Positions 42,801 through 57,800 of a DNA stretch of 64,000 nucleotides are shown here, in pieces; within the stretch, counting starts at the first letter, position 1, and every line of letters starts with the position of its first letter. A program made the position numbers and the translations under genes. The notes under the pieces are model-generated. The model did not search any database. It had not been told where the DNA came from and saw only the letters and a list, made by a program, of their open reading frames with translations. The stretch covers positions 34,100,001-34,164,000 of the forward strand of contig CM097888.1 of assembly GCA_044892525.1 (NCBI GenBank). Direction: 5' to 3'. The DNA is from Schmidtea polychroa (Eukaryota).

Positions 42801-45800
42801 CTCGTATGTGTCAATTCGATTATTCCAGTTTCAGTTGCAATGTTTTCAGATTTGATCTAAACACGAGAAAACATTTCTTAAAAATGTCCAAAATGTTTTG
42901 TAGTTTTTTTAAACGATAATTTATTATTATAAAAAGTAATTAAAAGAAATGAATAAAAAATATGTTTAATGAAAATTTAATAAATATCATGATAAATGTA
43001 TCAAACATTGCTTTAGTGCTATAAATTGTAGAAAAAAATTAATTTTATTTACCTCTATTTCACTGAAACATTCTTCCATTGTTGATTTCATTTCGTAGCC
43101 AGATTCCATGTTGCGAGTCTTTGTTTCTTCGAATTGTATTTCAACGGTGCAATATTTAATGTCTTCATCTGATGATATGATGGTTGTTGAATAAACTGAT
43201 TTTTCTGTTTCAAACATTTCGCTTTCATGCTTAATCTCTCGACACCATTCTCCACTATATTCAACATGCTCAATTACATTTTCTATGCTAATATCCTCTA
43301 TTGTCGGCTTAGCGGTTGAAGTAGCAATATCTAGCATTGGAATCTCCCAACTTACACTCTCATTTTCGATTAACAGTCTTTCTGATTCTTCATCCGGTTT
43401 CTGTATAGGAACTATTTCTTCGACAATTTCAACAGTTTCACATTCAACTGTGCAGCAACTCAATTCAAACATCGACGACTCATCTATCACTTTCACTCCT
43501 ACTGTCATTACACCGACTTCTACAGTTTCTATCATTTGATCTACTTGACTGTCTTCCATACTTATTGTATATTCACTTGAACATTCTACAATCACACTTC
43601 TGAATTCTGATCCGACCTCGACTGCCTTAGAACCAACATGACTCCAACTTTCTTCAATTGATTTACATTCAAAACTGCTTTCACTATCAACTGTCTCACA
43701 CATGAACTCAGTCATTGTTTCTTGGAATTTTCCTACAGCTTCATGACTTGTTAATGTATCAATGAATACAATATGCTTTTCTCCGAATGTTTCGCTTCCT
43801 ACTTCAATCAATTTACTCTCTACACTACTACCGAAGTCAACTGTGTCTTTGAGTTTTTCGAAAGAAACATCTGCAATTTCACTATCTTTCACTGATTCAC
43901 TACTCATATCTATAGCCTCTGCTTTATAGTCAGTTAACTTATTTGAAGCCTTTGTATCTTTTTCCAAGCTCGTATGTGTCAATTCGATTATTCCAGTTTC
44001 AGTTGCAATGTTTTCAGATTTGATCTAAACACGAGAAAACATTTCTTAAAAATGTCCAAAATGTTTTGTAGTTTTTTTAAACGATAATTTATTATTATAA
44101 AAAGTAATTAAAAGAAATGAATAAAAAATATGTTTAATGAAAATTTAATAAATATCATGATAAATGTATCAAACATTGCTTTAGTGCTATAAATTGTAGA
44201 AAAAAATTAATTTTATTTACCTCTATTTCACTGAAACATTCTTCCATTGTTGATTTCATTTCGTAGCCAGATTCCATGTTGCGAGTCTTTGTTTCTTCGA
44301 ATTGTATTTCAACGGTGCAATATTTAATGTCTTCATCTGATGATATGATGGTTGTTGAATAAACTGATTTTTCTGTTTCAAACATTTCGCTTTCATGCTT
44401 AATCTCTCGACACCATTCTCCACTATATTCAACATGCTCAATTACATTTTCTATGCTAATATCCTCTATTGTCGGCATAGCTGTTGAAGTAGCAATATCT
44501 AGCATTGGAATCTCCCAACTTACACTCTCATTTTCGATTAACAGTCTTTCTGATTCTTCATCCGGTTTCTGTATAGGAACTATTTCTTCGACAATTTCAA
44601 CAGTTTCACATTCAACTGTGCAGCAACTCAATTCAAACATCGACGACTCATCTATCACTTTCACTCCTACTGTCATTACACCGACTTCTACAGTTTCTAT
44701 CATTTGATCTACTTGACTGTCTTCCATACTTATTGTATATTCACTTGAACATTCTACAATCACACTTCTGAATTCTGATCCGACCTCGACTGCCTTAGAA
44801 CCAACATGACTCCAACTTTCTTCAATTGATTTACATTCAAAACTGCTTTCACTATCAACTGTCTCACACATGAACTCAGTCATTGTTTCTTGGAATTTTC
44901 CTACAGCTTCATGACTTGTTAATGTATCAATGAATACAATATGCTTTTCTCCGAATGTTTCGCTTCCTACTTCAATCAATTTACTCTCTACACTACTACC
45001 GAAGTCAACTGTGTCTTTGAGTTTTTCGAAAGAAACATCTGCAATTTCACTATCTTTCACTGATTCACTACTCATATCTATAGCCTCTGCTTTATAGTCA
45101 GTTAACTTATTTGAAGCCTTTGTATCTTTTTCCAAGCTCGTATGTGTCAATTCGATTATTCCAGTTTCAGTTGCAATGTTTTCAGATTTGATCTAAACAC
45201 GAGAAAACATTTCTTAAAAATGTCCAAAATGTTTTGTAGTTTTTTTAAACGATAATTTATTATTATAAAAAGTAATTAAAAGAAATGAATAAAAAATATG
45301 TTTAATGAAAATTTAATAAATATCATGATAAATGTATCAAACATTGCTTTAGTGCTATAAATTGTAGAAAAAAATTAATTTTATTTACCTCTATTTCACT
45401 GAAACATTCTTCCATTGTTGATTTCATTTCGTAGCCAGATTCCATGTTGCGAGTCTTTGTTTCTTCGAATTGTATTTCAACGGTGCAATATTTAATGTCT
45501 TCATCTGATGATATGATGGTTGTTGAATAAACTGATTTTTCTGTTTCAAACATTTCGCTTTCATGCTTAATCTCTCGACACCATTCTCCACTATATTCAA
45601 CATGCTCAATTACATTTTCTATGCTAATATCCTCTATTGTCGGCTTAGCGGTTGAAGTAGCAATATCTAGCATTGGAATCTCCCAACTTACACTCTCATT
45701 TTCGATTAACAGTCTTTCTGATTCTTCATCCGGTTTCTGTATAGGAACTATTTCTTCGACAATTTCAACAGTTTCACATTCAACTGTGCAGCAACTCAAT

Positions 45801-48800
45801 TCAAACATCGACGACTCATCTATCACTTTCACTCCTACTGTCATTACACCGACTTCTACAGTTTCTATCATTTGATCTACTTGACTGTCTTCCATACTTA
45901 TTGTATATTCACTTGAACATTCTACAATCACACTTCTGAATTCTGATCCGACCTCGACTGCCTTAGAACCAACATGACTCCAACTTTCTTCAATTGATTT
46001 ACATTCAAAACTGCTTTCACTATCAACTGTCTCACACATGAACTCAGTCATTGTTTCTTGGAATTTTCCTACAGCTTCATGACTTGTTAATGTATCAATG
46101 AATACAATATGCTTTTCTCCGAATGTTTCGCTTCCTACTTCAATCAATTTACTCTCTACACTACTACCGAAGTCAACTGTGTCTTTGAGTTTTTCGAAAG
46201 AAACATCTGCAATTTCACTATCTTTCACTGATTCACTACTCATATCTATAGCCTCTGCTTTATAGTCAGTTAACTTATTTGAAGCCTTTGTATCTTTTTC
46301 CAAGCTCGTATGTGTCAATTCGATTATTCCAGTTTCAGTTGCAATGTTTTCAGATTTGATCTAAACACGAGAAAACATTTCTTAAAAATGTCCAAAATGT
46401 TTTGTAGTTTTTTTAAACGATAATTTATTATTATAAAAAGTAATTAAAAGAAATGAATAAAAAATATGTTTAATGAAAATTTAATAAATATCATGATAAA
46501 TGTATCAAACATTGCTTTAGTGCTATAAATTGTAGAAAAAAATTAATTTTATTTACCTCTATTTCACTGAAACATTCTTCCATTGTTGATTTCATTTCGT
46601 AGCCAGATTCCATGTTGCGAGTCTTTGTTTCTTCGAATTGTATTTCAACGGTGCAATATTTAATGTCTTCATCTGATGATATGATGGTTGTTGAATAAAC
46701 TGATTTTTCTGTTTCAAACATTTCGCTTTCATGCTTAATCTCTCGACACCATTCTCCACTATATTCAACATGCTCAATTACATTTTCTATGCTAATATCC
46801 TCTATTGTCGGCTTAGCGGTTGAAGTAGCAATATCTAGCATTGGAATCTCCCAACTTACACTCTCATTTTCGATTAACAGTCTTTCTGATTCTTCATCCG
46901 GTTTCTGTATAGGAACTATTTCTTCGACAATTTCAACAGTTTCACAGTCAACTGTGCAGCAACTCAATTCAAACATCGACGACTCATCTATCACTTTCAC
47001 TCCTACTGTCATTACATCGACTTCTACAGTTTCTATCATTTGATCTACTTGACTGTCTTCCATACTTATTGTATATTCACTTGAACATTCTACAATCACA
47101 CTTCTGAATTCTGATCCGACCTCGACTGCCTTAGAACCAACATGACTCCAACTTTCTTCAATTGATTTACATTCAAAACTGCTTTCACTATCAACTGTCT
47201 CACACATGAACTCAGTCATTGTTTCTTGGAATTTTCCTACAGCTTCATGACTTGTTAATGTATCAATGAATACAATATGCTTTTCTCCGAATGTTTCGCT
47301 TCCTACTTCAATCAATTTACTCTCTACACTACTACCGAAGTCAACTGTGTCTTTGAGTTTTTCGAAAGAAACATCTGCAATTTCACTATCTTTCACTGAT
47401 TCACTACTCATATCTATAGCCTCTGCTTTATAGTCAGTTAACTTATTTGAAGCCTTTGTATCTTTTTCCAAGCTCGTATGTGTCAATTCGATTATTCCAG
47501 TTTCAGTTGCAATGTTTTCAGATTTGATCTAAACACGAGAAAACATTTCTTAAAAATGTCCAAAATGTTTTGTAGTTTTTTTAAACGATAATTTATTATT
47601 ATAAAAAGTAATTAAAAGAAATGAATAAAAAATATGTTTAATGAAAATTTAATAAATATCATGATAAATGTATCAAACATTGCTTTAGTGCTATAAATTG
47701 TAGAAAAAAATTAATTTTATTTACCTCTATTTCACTGAAACATTCTTCCATTGTTGATTTCATTTCGTAGCCAGATTCCATGTTGTGAGTCTTTGTTTCT
47801 TCGAATTGTATTTCAACGGTGCAATATTTAATGTCTTCATCTGATGATATGATGGTTGTTGAATAAACTGATTTTTCTGTTTCAAACATTTCGCTTTCAT
47901 GCTTAATCTCTCGACACCATTCTCCACTATATTCAACATGCTCAATTACATTTTCTATGCTAATATCCTCTATTGTCGGCTTAGCGGTTGAAGTAGCAAT
48001 ATCTAGCATTGGAATCTCCCAACTTACACTCTCATTTTCGATTAACAGTCTTTCTGATTCTTCATCCGGTTTCTGTATAGGAACTATTTCTTCGACAATT
48101 TCAACAGTTTCACTTTCAACTGTGCAGCAACTCAATTCAAACATCGACGACTCATCTATCACTTTCACTCCTACTGTCATTACACCGACTTCTACAGTTT
48201 CTATCATTTGATCTACTTGACTGTCTTCCATACTTATTGTATATTCACTTGAACATTCTACAATCACACTTCTGAATTCTGATCCGACCTCGACTGCCTT
48301 AGAACCAACATGACTCCAACTTTCTTCAATTGATTTACATTCAAAACTGCTTTCACTATCAACTGTCTCACACATGAACTCAGTCATTGTTTCTTGGAAT
48401 TTTCCTACAGCTTCATGACTTGTTAATGTATCAATGAATACAATATGCTTTTCTCCGAATGTTTCGCTTCCTACTTCAATCAATTTACTCTCTACACTAC
48501 TACCGAAGTCAACTGTGTCTTTGAGTTTTTCGAAAGAAACATCTGCAATTTCACTATCTTTCACTGATTCACTACTCATATCTATAGCCTCTGCTTTATA
48601 GTCAGTTAACTTATTTGAAGCCTTTGTATCTTTTTCCAAGCTCGTATGTGTCAATTCGATTATTCCAGTTTCAGTTGCAATGTTTTCAGATTTGATCTAA
48701 ACACGAGAAAACATTTCTTAAAAATGTCCAAAATGTTTTGTAGTTTTTTTAAACGATAATTTATTATTATAAAAAGTAATTAAAAGAAATGAATAAAAAA

Positions 48801-51800
48801 TATGTTTAATGAAAATTTAATAAATATCATGATAAATGTATCAAACATTGCTTTAGTGCTATAAATTGTAGAAAAAAATTAATTTTATTTACCTCTATTT
48901 CACTGAAACATTCTTCCATTGTTGATTTCATTTCGTAGCCAGATTCCATGTTGTGAGTCTTTGTTTCTTCGAATTGTATTTCAACGGTGCAATATTTAAT
49001 GTCTTCATCTGATGATATGATGGTTGTTGAATAAACTGATTTTTCTGTTTCAAACATTTCGCTTTCATGCTTAATCTCTCGACACCATTCTCCACTATAT
49101 TCAACATGCTCAATTACATTTTCTATGCTAATATCCTCTATTGTCGGCTTAGCGGTTGAAGTAGCAATATCTAGCATTGGAATCTCCCAACTTACACTCT
49201 CATTTTCGATTAACAGTCTTTCTGATTCTTCATCCGGTTTCTGTATAGGAACTATTTCTTCGACAATTTCAACAGTTTCACTTTCAACTGTGCAGCAACT
49301 CAATTCAAACATCGACGACTCATCTATCACTTTCACTCCTACTGTCATTACACCGACTTCTACAGTTTCTATCATTTGATCTACTTGACTGTCTTCCATA
49401 CTTATTGTATATTCACTTGAACATTCTACAATCACACTTCTGAATTCTGATCCGACCTCGACTGCCTTAGAACCAACATGACTCCAACTTTCTTCAATTG
49501 ATTTACATTCAAAACTGCTTTCACTATCAACTGTCTCACACATGAACTCAGTCATTGTTTCTTGGAATTTTCCTACAGCTTCATGACTTGTTAATGTATC
49601 AATGAATACAATATGCTTTTCTCCGAATGTTTCGCTTCCTACTTCAATCAATTTACTCTCTACACTACTACCGAAGTCAACTGTGTCTTTGAGTTTTTCG
49701 AAAGAAACATCTGCAATTTCACTATCTTTCACTGATTCACTACTCATATCTATAGCCTCTGCTTTATAGTCAGTTAACTTATTTGAAGCCTTTGTATCTT
49801 TTTCCAAGCTCGTATGTGTCAATTCGATTATTCCAGTTTCAGTTGCAATGTTTTCAGATTTGATCTAAACACGAGAAAACATTTCTTAAAAATGTCCAAA
49901 ATGTTTTGTAGTTTTTTTAAACGATAATTTATTATTATAAAAAGTAATTAAAAGAAATGAATAAAAAATATGTTTAATGAAAATTTAATAAATATCATGA
50001 TAAATGTATCAAACATTGCTTTAGTGCTATAAATTGTAGAAAAAAATTAATTTTATTTACCTCTATTTCACTGAAACATTCTTCCATTGTTGATTTCATT
50101 TCGTAGCCAGATTCCATGTTGTGAGTCTTTGTTTCTTCGAATTGTATTTCAACGGTGCAATATTTAATGTCTTCATCTGATGATATGATGGTTGTTGAAT
50201 AAACTGATTTTTCTGTTTCAAACATTTCGCTTTCATGCTTAATCTCTCGACACCATTCTCCACTATATTCAACATGCTCAATTACATTTTCTATGCTAAT
50301 ATCCTCTATTGTCGGCTTAGCTGTTGAAGTAGCAATATCTAGCATTGGAATCTCCCAACTTACACTCTCATTTTCGATTAACAGTCTTTCTGATTCTTCA
50401 TCCGGTTTCTGTATAGGAACTATTTCTTCACCAATTTCAACAGTTTCACTTTCAACTGTGCAGCAACTCAATTCAAACATCGACGACTCATCTATCACTT
50501 TCACTCCTACTGTCATTACACCGACTTCTACAGTTTCTATCATTTGATCTACTTGACTGTCTTCCATACTTATTGTATATTCACTTGAACATTCTACAAT
50601 CACACTTCTGAATTCTGATCCGACCTCGACTGCCTTAGAACCAACATGACTCCAACTTTCTTCAATTGATTTACATTCAAAACTGCTTTCACTATCAACT
50701 GTCTCACACATGAACTCAGTCATTGTTTCTTGGAATTTTCCTACAGCTTCATGACTTGTTAATGTATCAATGAATACAATATGCTTTTCTCCGAATGTTT
50801 CGCTTCCTACTTCAATCAATTTACTCTCTACACTACTACCGAAGTCAACTGTGTCTTTGAGTTTTTCGAAAGAAACATCTGCAATTTCACTATCTTTCAC
50901 TGATTCACTACTCATATCTATAGCCTCTGCTTTATAGTCAGTTAACTTATTTGAAGCCTTTGTATCTTTTTCCAAGCTCGTATGTGTCAATTCGATTATT
51001 CCAGTTTCAGTTGCAATGTTTTCAGATTTGATCTAAACACGAGAAAACATTTCTTAAAAATGTCCAAAATGTTTTGTAGTTTTTTTAAACGATAATTTAT
51101 TATTATAAAAAGTAATTAAAAGAAATGAATAAAAAATATGTTTAATGAAAATTTAATAAATATCATGATAAATGTATCAAACATTGCTTTAGTGCTATAA
51201 ATTGTAGAAAAAAATTAATTTTATTTACCTCTATTTCACTGAAACATTCTTCCATTGTTGATTTCATTTCGTAGCCAGATTCCATGTTGCGAGTCTTTGT
51301 TTCTTCGAATTGTATTTCAACGGTGCAATATTTAATGTCTTCATCTGATGATATGATGGTTGTTGAATAAACTGATTTTTCTGTTTCAAACATTTCGCTT
51401 TCATGCTTAATCTCTCGACACCATTCTCCACTATATTCAACATGCTCAATTACATTTTCTATGCTAATATCCTCTATTGTCGGCTTAGCGGTTGAAGTAG
51501 CAATATCTAGCATTGGAATCTCCCAACTTACACTCTCATTTTCGATTAACAGTCTTTCTGATTCTTCATCCGGTTTCTGTATAGGAACTATTTCTTCGAC
51601 AATTTCAACAGTTTCACATTCAACTGTGCAGCAACTCAATTCAAACATCGACGACTCATCTATCACTTTCACTCCTACTGTCATTACACCGACTTCTACA
51701 GTTTCTATCATTTGATCTACTTGACTGTCTTCCATACTTATTGTATATTCACTTGAACATTCTACAATCACACTTCTGAATTCTGATCCGACCTCGACTG

Positions 51801-54800
51801 CCTTAGAACCAACATGACTCCAACTTTCTTCAATTGATTTACATTCAAAACTGCTTTCACTATCAACTGTCTCACACATGAACTCAGTCATTGTTTCTTG
51901 GAATTTTCCTACAGCTTCATGACTTGTTAATGTATCAATGAATACAATATGCTTTTCTCCGAATGTTTCGCTTCCTACTTCAATCAATTTACTCTCTACA
52001 CTACTACCGAAGTCAACTGTGTCTTTGAGTTTTTCGAAAGAAACTTCTGCAATTTCACTATCTTTCACTGATTCACTACTCATATCTATAGCCTCTGCTT
52101 TATAGTCAGTTAACTTATTTGAAGCCTTTGTATCTTTTTCCAAGCTCGTATGTGTCAATTCGATTATTCCAGTTTCAGTTGCAATGTTTTCAGATTTGAT
52201 CTAAACACGAGAAAACATTTCTTAAAAATGTCCAAAATGTTTTGTAGTTTTTTTAAACGATAATTTATTATTATAAAAAGTAATTAAAAGAAATGAATAA
52301 AAAATATGTTTAATGAAAATTTAATAAATATCATGATAAATGTATCAAACATTGCTTTAGTGCTATAAATTGTAGAAAAAAATTAATTTTATTTACCTCT
52401 ATTTCACTGAAACATTCTTCCATTGTTGATTTCATTTCGTAGCCAGATTCCATGTTGTGAGTCTTTGTTTCTTCGAATTGTATTTCAACGGTGCAATATT
52501 TAATGTCTTCATCTGATGATATGATGGTTGTTGAATAAACTGATTTTTCTGTTTCAAACATTTCGCTTTCATGCTTAATCTCTCGACACCATTCTCCACT
52601 ATATTCAACATGCTCAATTACATTTTCTATGCTAATATCCTCTATTGTCGGCTTAGCTGTTGAAGTAGCAATATCTAGCATTGGAATCTCCCAACTTACA
52701 CTCTCATTTTCGATTAACAGTCTTTCTGATTCTTCATCCGGTTTCTGTATAGGAACTATTTCTTCGACAATTTCAACAGTTTCACTTTCAACTGTGCAGC
52801 AACTCAATTCAAACATCGACGACTCATCTATCACTTTCACTCCTACTGTCATTACACCGACTTCTACAGTTTCTATCATTTGATCTACTTGACTGTCTTC
52901 CATACTTATTGTATATTCACTTGAACATTCTACAATCACACTTCTGAATTCTGATCCGACCTCGACTGCCTTAGAACCAACATGACTCCAACTTTCTTCA
53001 ATTGATTTACATTCAAAACTGCTTTCACTATCAACTGTCTCACACATGAACTCAGTCATTGTTTCTTGGAATTTTCCTACAGCTTCATGACTTGTTAATG
53101 TATCAATGAATACAATATGCTTTTCTCCGAATGTTTCGCTTCCTACTTCAATCAATTTACTCTCTACACTACTACCGAAGTCAACTGTGTCTTTGAGTTT
53201 TTCGAAAGAAACATCTGCAATTTCACTATCTTTCACTGATTCACTACTCATATCTATAGCCTCTGCTTTATAGTCAGTTAACTTATTTGAAGCCTTTGTA
53301 TCTTTTTCCAAGCTCGTATGTGTCAATTCGATTATTCCAGTTTCAGTTGCAATGTTTTCAGATTTGATCTAAACACGAGAAAACATTTCTTAAAAATGTC
53401 CAAAATGTTTTGTAGTTTTTTTAAACGATAATTTATTATTATAAAAAGTAATTAAAAGAAATGAATAAAAAATATGTTTAATGAAAATTTAATAAATATC
53501 ATGATAAATGTATCAAACATTGCTTTAGTGCTATAAATTGTAGAAAAAAATTAATTTTATTTACCTCTATTTCACTGAAACATTCTTCCATTGTTGATTT
53601 CATTTCGTAGCCAGATTCCATGTTGCGAGTCTTTGTTTCTTCGAATTGTATTTCAACGGTGCAATATTTAATGTCTTCATCTGATGATATGATGGTTGTT
53701 GAATAAACTGATTTTTCTGTTTCAAACATTTCGCTTTCATGCTTAATCTCTCGACACCATTCTCCACTATATTCAACATGCTCAATTACATTTTCTATGC
53801 TAATATCCTCTATTGTCGGCTTAGCGGTTGAAGTAGCAATATCTAGCATTGGAATCTCCCAACTTACACTCTCATTTTCGATTAACAGTCTTTCTGATTC
53901 TTCATCCGGTTTCTGTATAGGAACTATTTCTTCGACAATTTCAACAGTTTCACATTCAACTGTGCAGCAACTCAATTCAAACATCGACGACTCATCTATC
54001 ACTTTCACTCCTACTGTCATTACACCGACTTCTACAGTTTCTATCATTTGATCTACTTGACTGTCTTCCATACTTATTGTATATTCACTTGAACATTCTA
54101 CAATCACACTTCTGAATTCTGATCCGACCTCGACTGCCTTAGAACCAACATGACTCCAACTTTCTTCAATTGATTTACATTCAAAACTGCTTTCACTATC
54201 AACTGTCTCACACATGAACTCAGTCATTGTTTCTTGGAATTTTCCTACAGCTTCATGACTTGTTAATGTATCAATGAATACAATATGCTTTTCTCCGAAT
54301 GTTTCGCTTCCTACTTCAATCAATTTACTCTCTACACTACTACCGAAGTCAACTGTGTCTTTGAGTTTTTCGAAAGAAACTTCTGCAATTTCACTATCTT
54401 TCACTGATTCACTACTCATATCTATAGCCTCTGCTTTATAGTCAGTTAACTTATTTGAAGCCTTTGTATCTTTTTCCAAGCTCGTATGTGTCAATTCGAT
54501 TATTCCAGTTTCAGTTGCAATGTTTTCAGATTTGATCTAAACACGAGAAAACATTTCTTAAAAATGTCCAAAATGTTTTGTAGTTTTTTTAAACGATAAT
54601 TTATTATTATAAAATGTAATTAAAAGAAATGAATAAAAAATATGTTTAATGAAAATTTAATAAATATCATGATAAATGTATCAAACATTGCTTTAGTGCT
54701 ATAAATTGTAGAAAAAAATTAATTTTATTTACCTCTATTTCACTGAAACATTCTTCCATTGTTGATTTCATTTCGTAGCCAGATTCCATGTTGTGAGTCT

Positions 54801-57800
54801 TTGTTTCTTCGAATTGTATTTCAACGGTGCAATATTTAATGTCTTCATCTGATGATATGATGGTTGTTGAATAAACTGATTTTTCTGTTTCAAACATTTC
54901 GCTTTCATGCTTAATCTCTCGACACCATTCTCCACTATATTCAACATGCTCAATTACATTTTCTATGCTAATATCCTCTATTGTCGGCTTAGCGGTTGAA
55001 GTAGCAATATCTAGCATTGGAATCTCCCAACTTACACTCTCATTTTCGATTAACAGTCTTTCTGATTCTTCATCCGGTTTCTGTATAGGAACTATTTCTT
55101 CGACAATTTCAACAGTTTCACTTTCAACTGTGCAGCAACTCAATTCAAACATCGACGACTCATCTATCACTTTCACTCCTACTGTCATTACACCGACTTC
55201 TACAGTTTCTATCATTTGATCTACTTGACTGTCTTCCATACTTATTGTATATTCACTTGAACATTCTACAATCACACTTCTGAATTCTGATCCGACCTCG
55301 ACTGCCTTAGAACCAACATGACTCCAACTTTCTTCAATTGATTTACATTCAAAACTGCTTTCACTATCAACTGTCTCACACATGAACTCAGTCATTGTTT
55401 CTTGGAATTTTCCTACAGCTTCATGACTTGTTAATGTATCAATGAATACAATATGCTTTTCTCCGAATGTTTCGCTTCCTACTTCAATCAATTTACTCTC
55501 TACACTACTACCGAAGTCAACTGTGTCTTTGAGTTTTTCGAAAGAAACATCTGCAATTTCACTATCTTTCACTGATTCACTACTCATATCTATAGCCTCT
55601 GCTTTATAGTCAGTTAACTTATTTGAAGCCTTTGTATCTTTTTCCAAGCTCGTATGTGTCAATTCGATTATTCCAGTTTCAGTTGCAATGTTTTCAGATT
55701 TGATCTAAACACGAGAAAATATTTCTTAAAAGTGTTCAAAATGTTTTGTAGATTTGTTTAAACGATAATTTATCATTATAAAAAGTGATTTAAAGAAATG
55801 AATAAAAAATATGTTTAATGAAAATTTAATAAATATCATGATAAATGTATCAAATATTGCTTTAGTGCTATAAATTGTAGAAAAAAATTAATTTTATTTA
55901 CCTCTATTTCACTGAAACATTCTTCCATTGTTGATTTCATTTCGTAGCCAGATTCCATGTTGTGAGTCTTTGTTTCTTCGAATTGTATTTCAACGGTGCA
56001 ATATTTAATGTCTTCATCTGATGATATGATGGTTGTTGAATAAACTGATTTTTCTGTTTCAAACATTTCGCTTTCATGCTTAATCTCTCGACACCATTCT
56101 CCACTATATTCAACATGCTCAATTACATTTTCTATGCTAATATCCTCTATTGTCGGCTTAGCTGTTGAAGTAGCAATATCTAGCATTGGAATCTCCCAAC
56201 TTACACTCTCATTTTCGATTAACAGTCTTTCTGATTCTTCATCCGGTTTCTGTATAGGAACTATTTCTTCGACAATTTCAACAGTTTCACATTCAACTGT
56301 GCAGCAACTCAATTCAAACATCGACGACTCATCTATCACTTTCACTCCTACTGTCATTACACCGACTTCTACAGTTTCTATCATTTGATCTACTTGACTG
56401 TCTTCCATACTTATTGTATATTCACTTGAACATTCTACAATCACACTTCTGAATTCTGATCCGACCTCGACTGCCTTAGAACCAACATGACTCCAACTTT
56501 CTTCAATTGATTTACATTCAAAACTGCTTTCACTATCAACTGTCTCACACATGAACTCAGTCATTGTTTCTTGGAATTTTCCTACAGCTTCATGACTAGT
56601 TAATGTATCAATGAATACAATATGCTTTTCTCCGAATGTTTCGCTTCCTACTTCAATATATTTACTCTCTACACTACTACCGAAGTCAACTGTGTCTTTG
56701 AGTTTTTCGAAAGAAACATCTGCAATTTCACTATCTTTCACTGATTCACTACTCATATCTATAGCCTCTGCTTTATAGTCAGTTAACTTATTTGAAGCCT
56801 TTGTATCTTTTTCCAAGCTCGTATGTGTCAATTCGATTATTCCAGTTTCAGTTGCAATGTTTTCAGATTTGATCTAAACACGAGAAAACATTTCTTAAAA
56901 ATGTCCAAAATGTTTTGTAGTTTTTTTAAACGATAATTTATTATTATAAAAAGTAATTAAAAGAAATGAATAAAAAATATGTTTAATGAAAATTTAATAA
57001 ATATCATGATAAATGTATCAAACATTGCTTTAGTGTTATAAATTGTAGGAAAAAAATTAATTTTATTTACCTCTATTTCACTGAAACATTCTTCCATTGT
57101 TGATTTCATTTCGTAGCCAGATTCCATGTTGTGAGTCTTTGTTTCTTCGAATTGTATTTCAACGGTGCAATATTTAATGTCTTCATCTGATGATATGATG
57201 GTTGTTGAATAAACTGATTTTTCTGTTTCAAACATTTCGCTTTCATGCTTAATCTCTCGACACCATTCTCCACTATATTCAACATGCTCAATTACATTTT
57301 CTATGCTAATATCCTCTATTGTCGGCTTAGCTGTTGAAGTAGCAATATCTAGCATTGGAATCTCCCAACTTACACTCTCATTTTCGATTAACAGTCTTTC
57401 TGATTCTTCATCCGGTTTCTGTATAGGAACTATTTCTTCGACAATTTCAACAGTTTCACTTTCAACTGTGCAGCAACTCAATTCAAACATCGACGACTCA
57501 TCTATCACTTTCACTCCTACTGTCATTACACCGACTTCTACAGTTTCTATCATTTGATCTACTTGACTGTCTTCCATACTTATTGTATATTCACTTGAAC
57601 ATTCTACAATCACACTTCTGAATTCTGATCCGACCTCGACTGCCTTAGAACCAACATGACTCCAACTTTCTTCAATTGATTTACATTCAAAACTGCTTTC
57701 ACTATCAACTGTCTCACACATGAACTCAGTCATTGTTTCTTGGAATTTTCCTACAGCTTCATGACTAGTTAATGTATCAATGAATACAATATGCTTTTCT

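Larger units (their letters stand above)
50061..54536. repeat. Dimeric higher-order repeat (U43-U44 / U45-U46)
   Basis: Alternating (H, ttagctg, C>S) and (R, ttagcgg, D>E) units. Confidence 0.8.
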
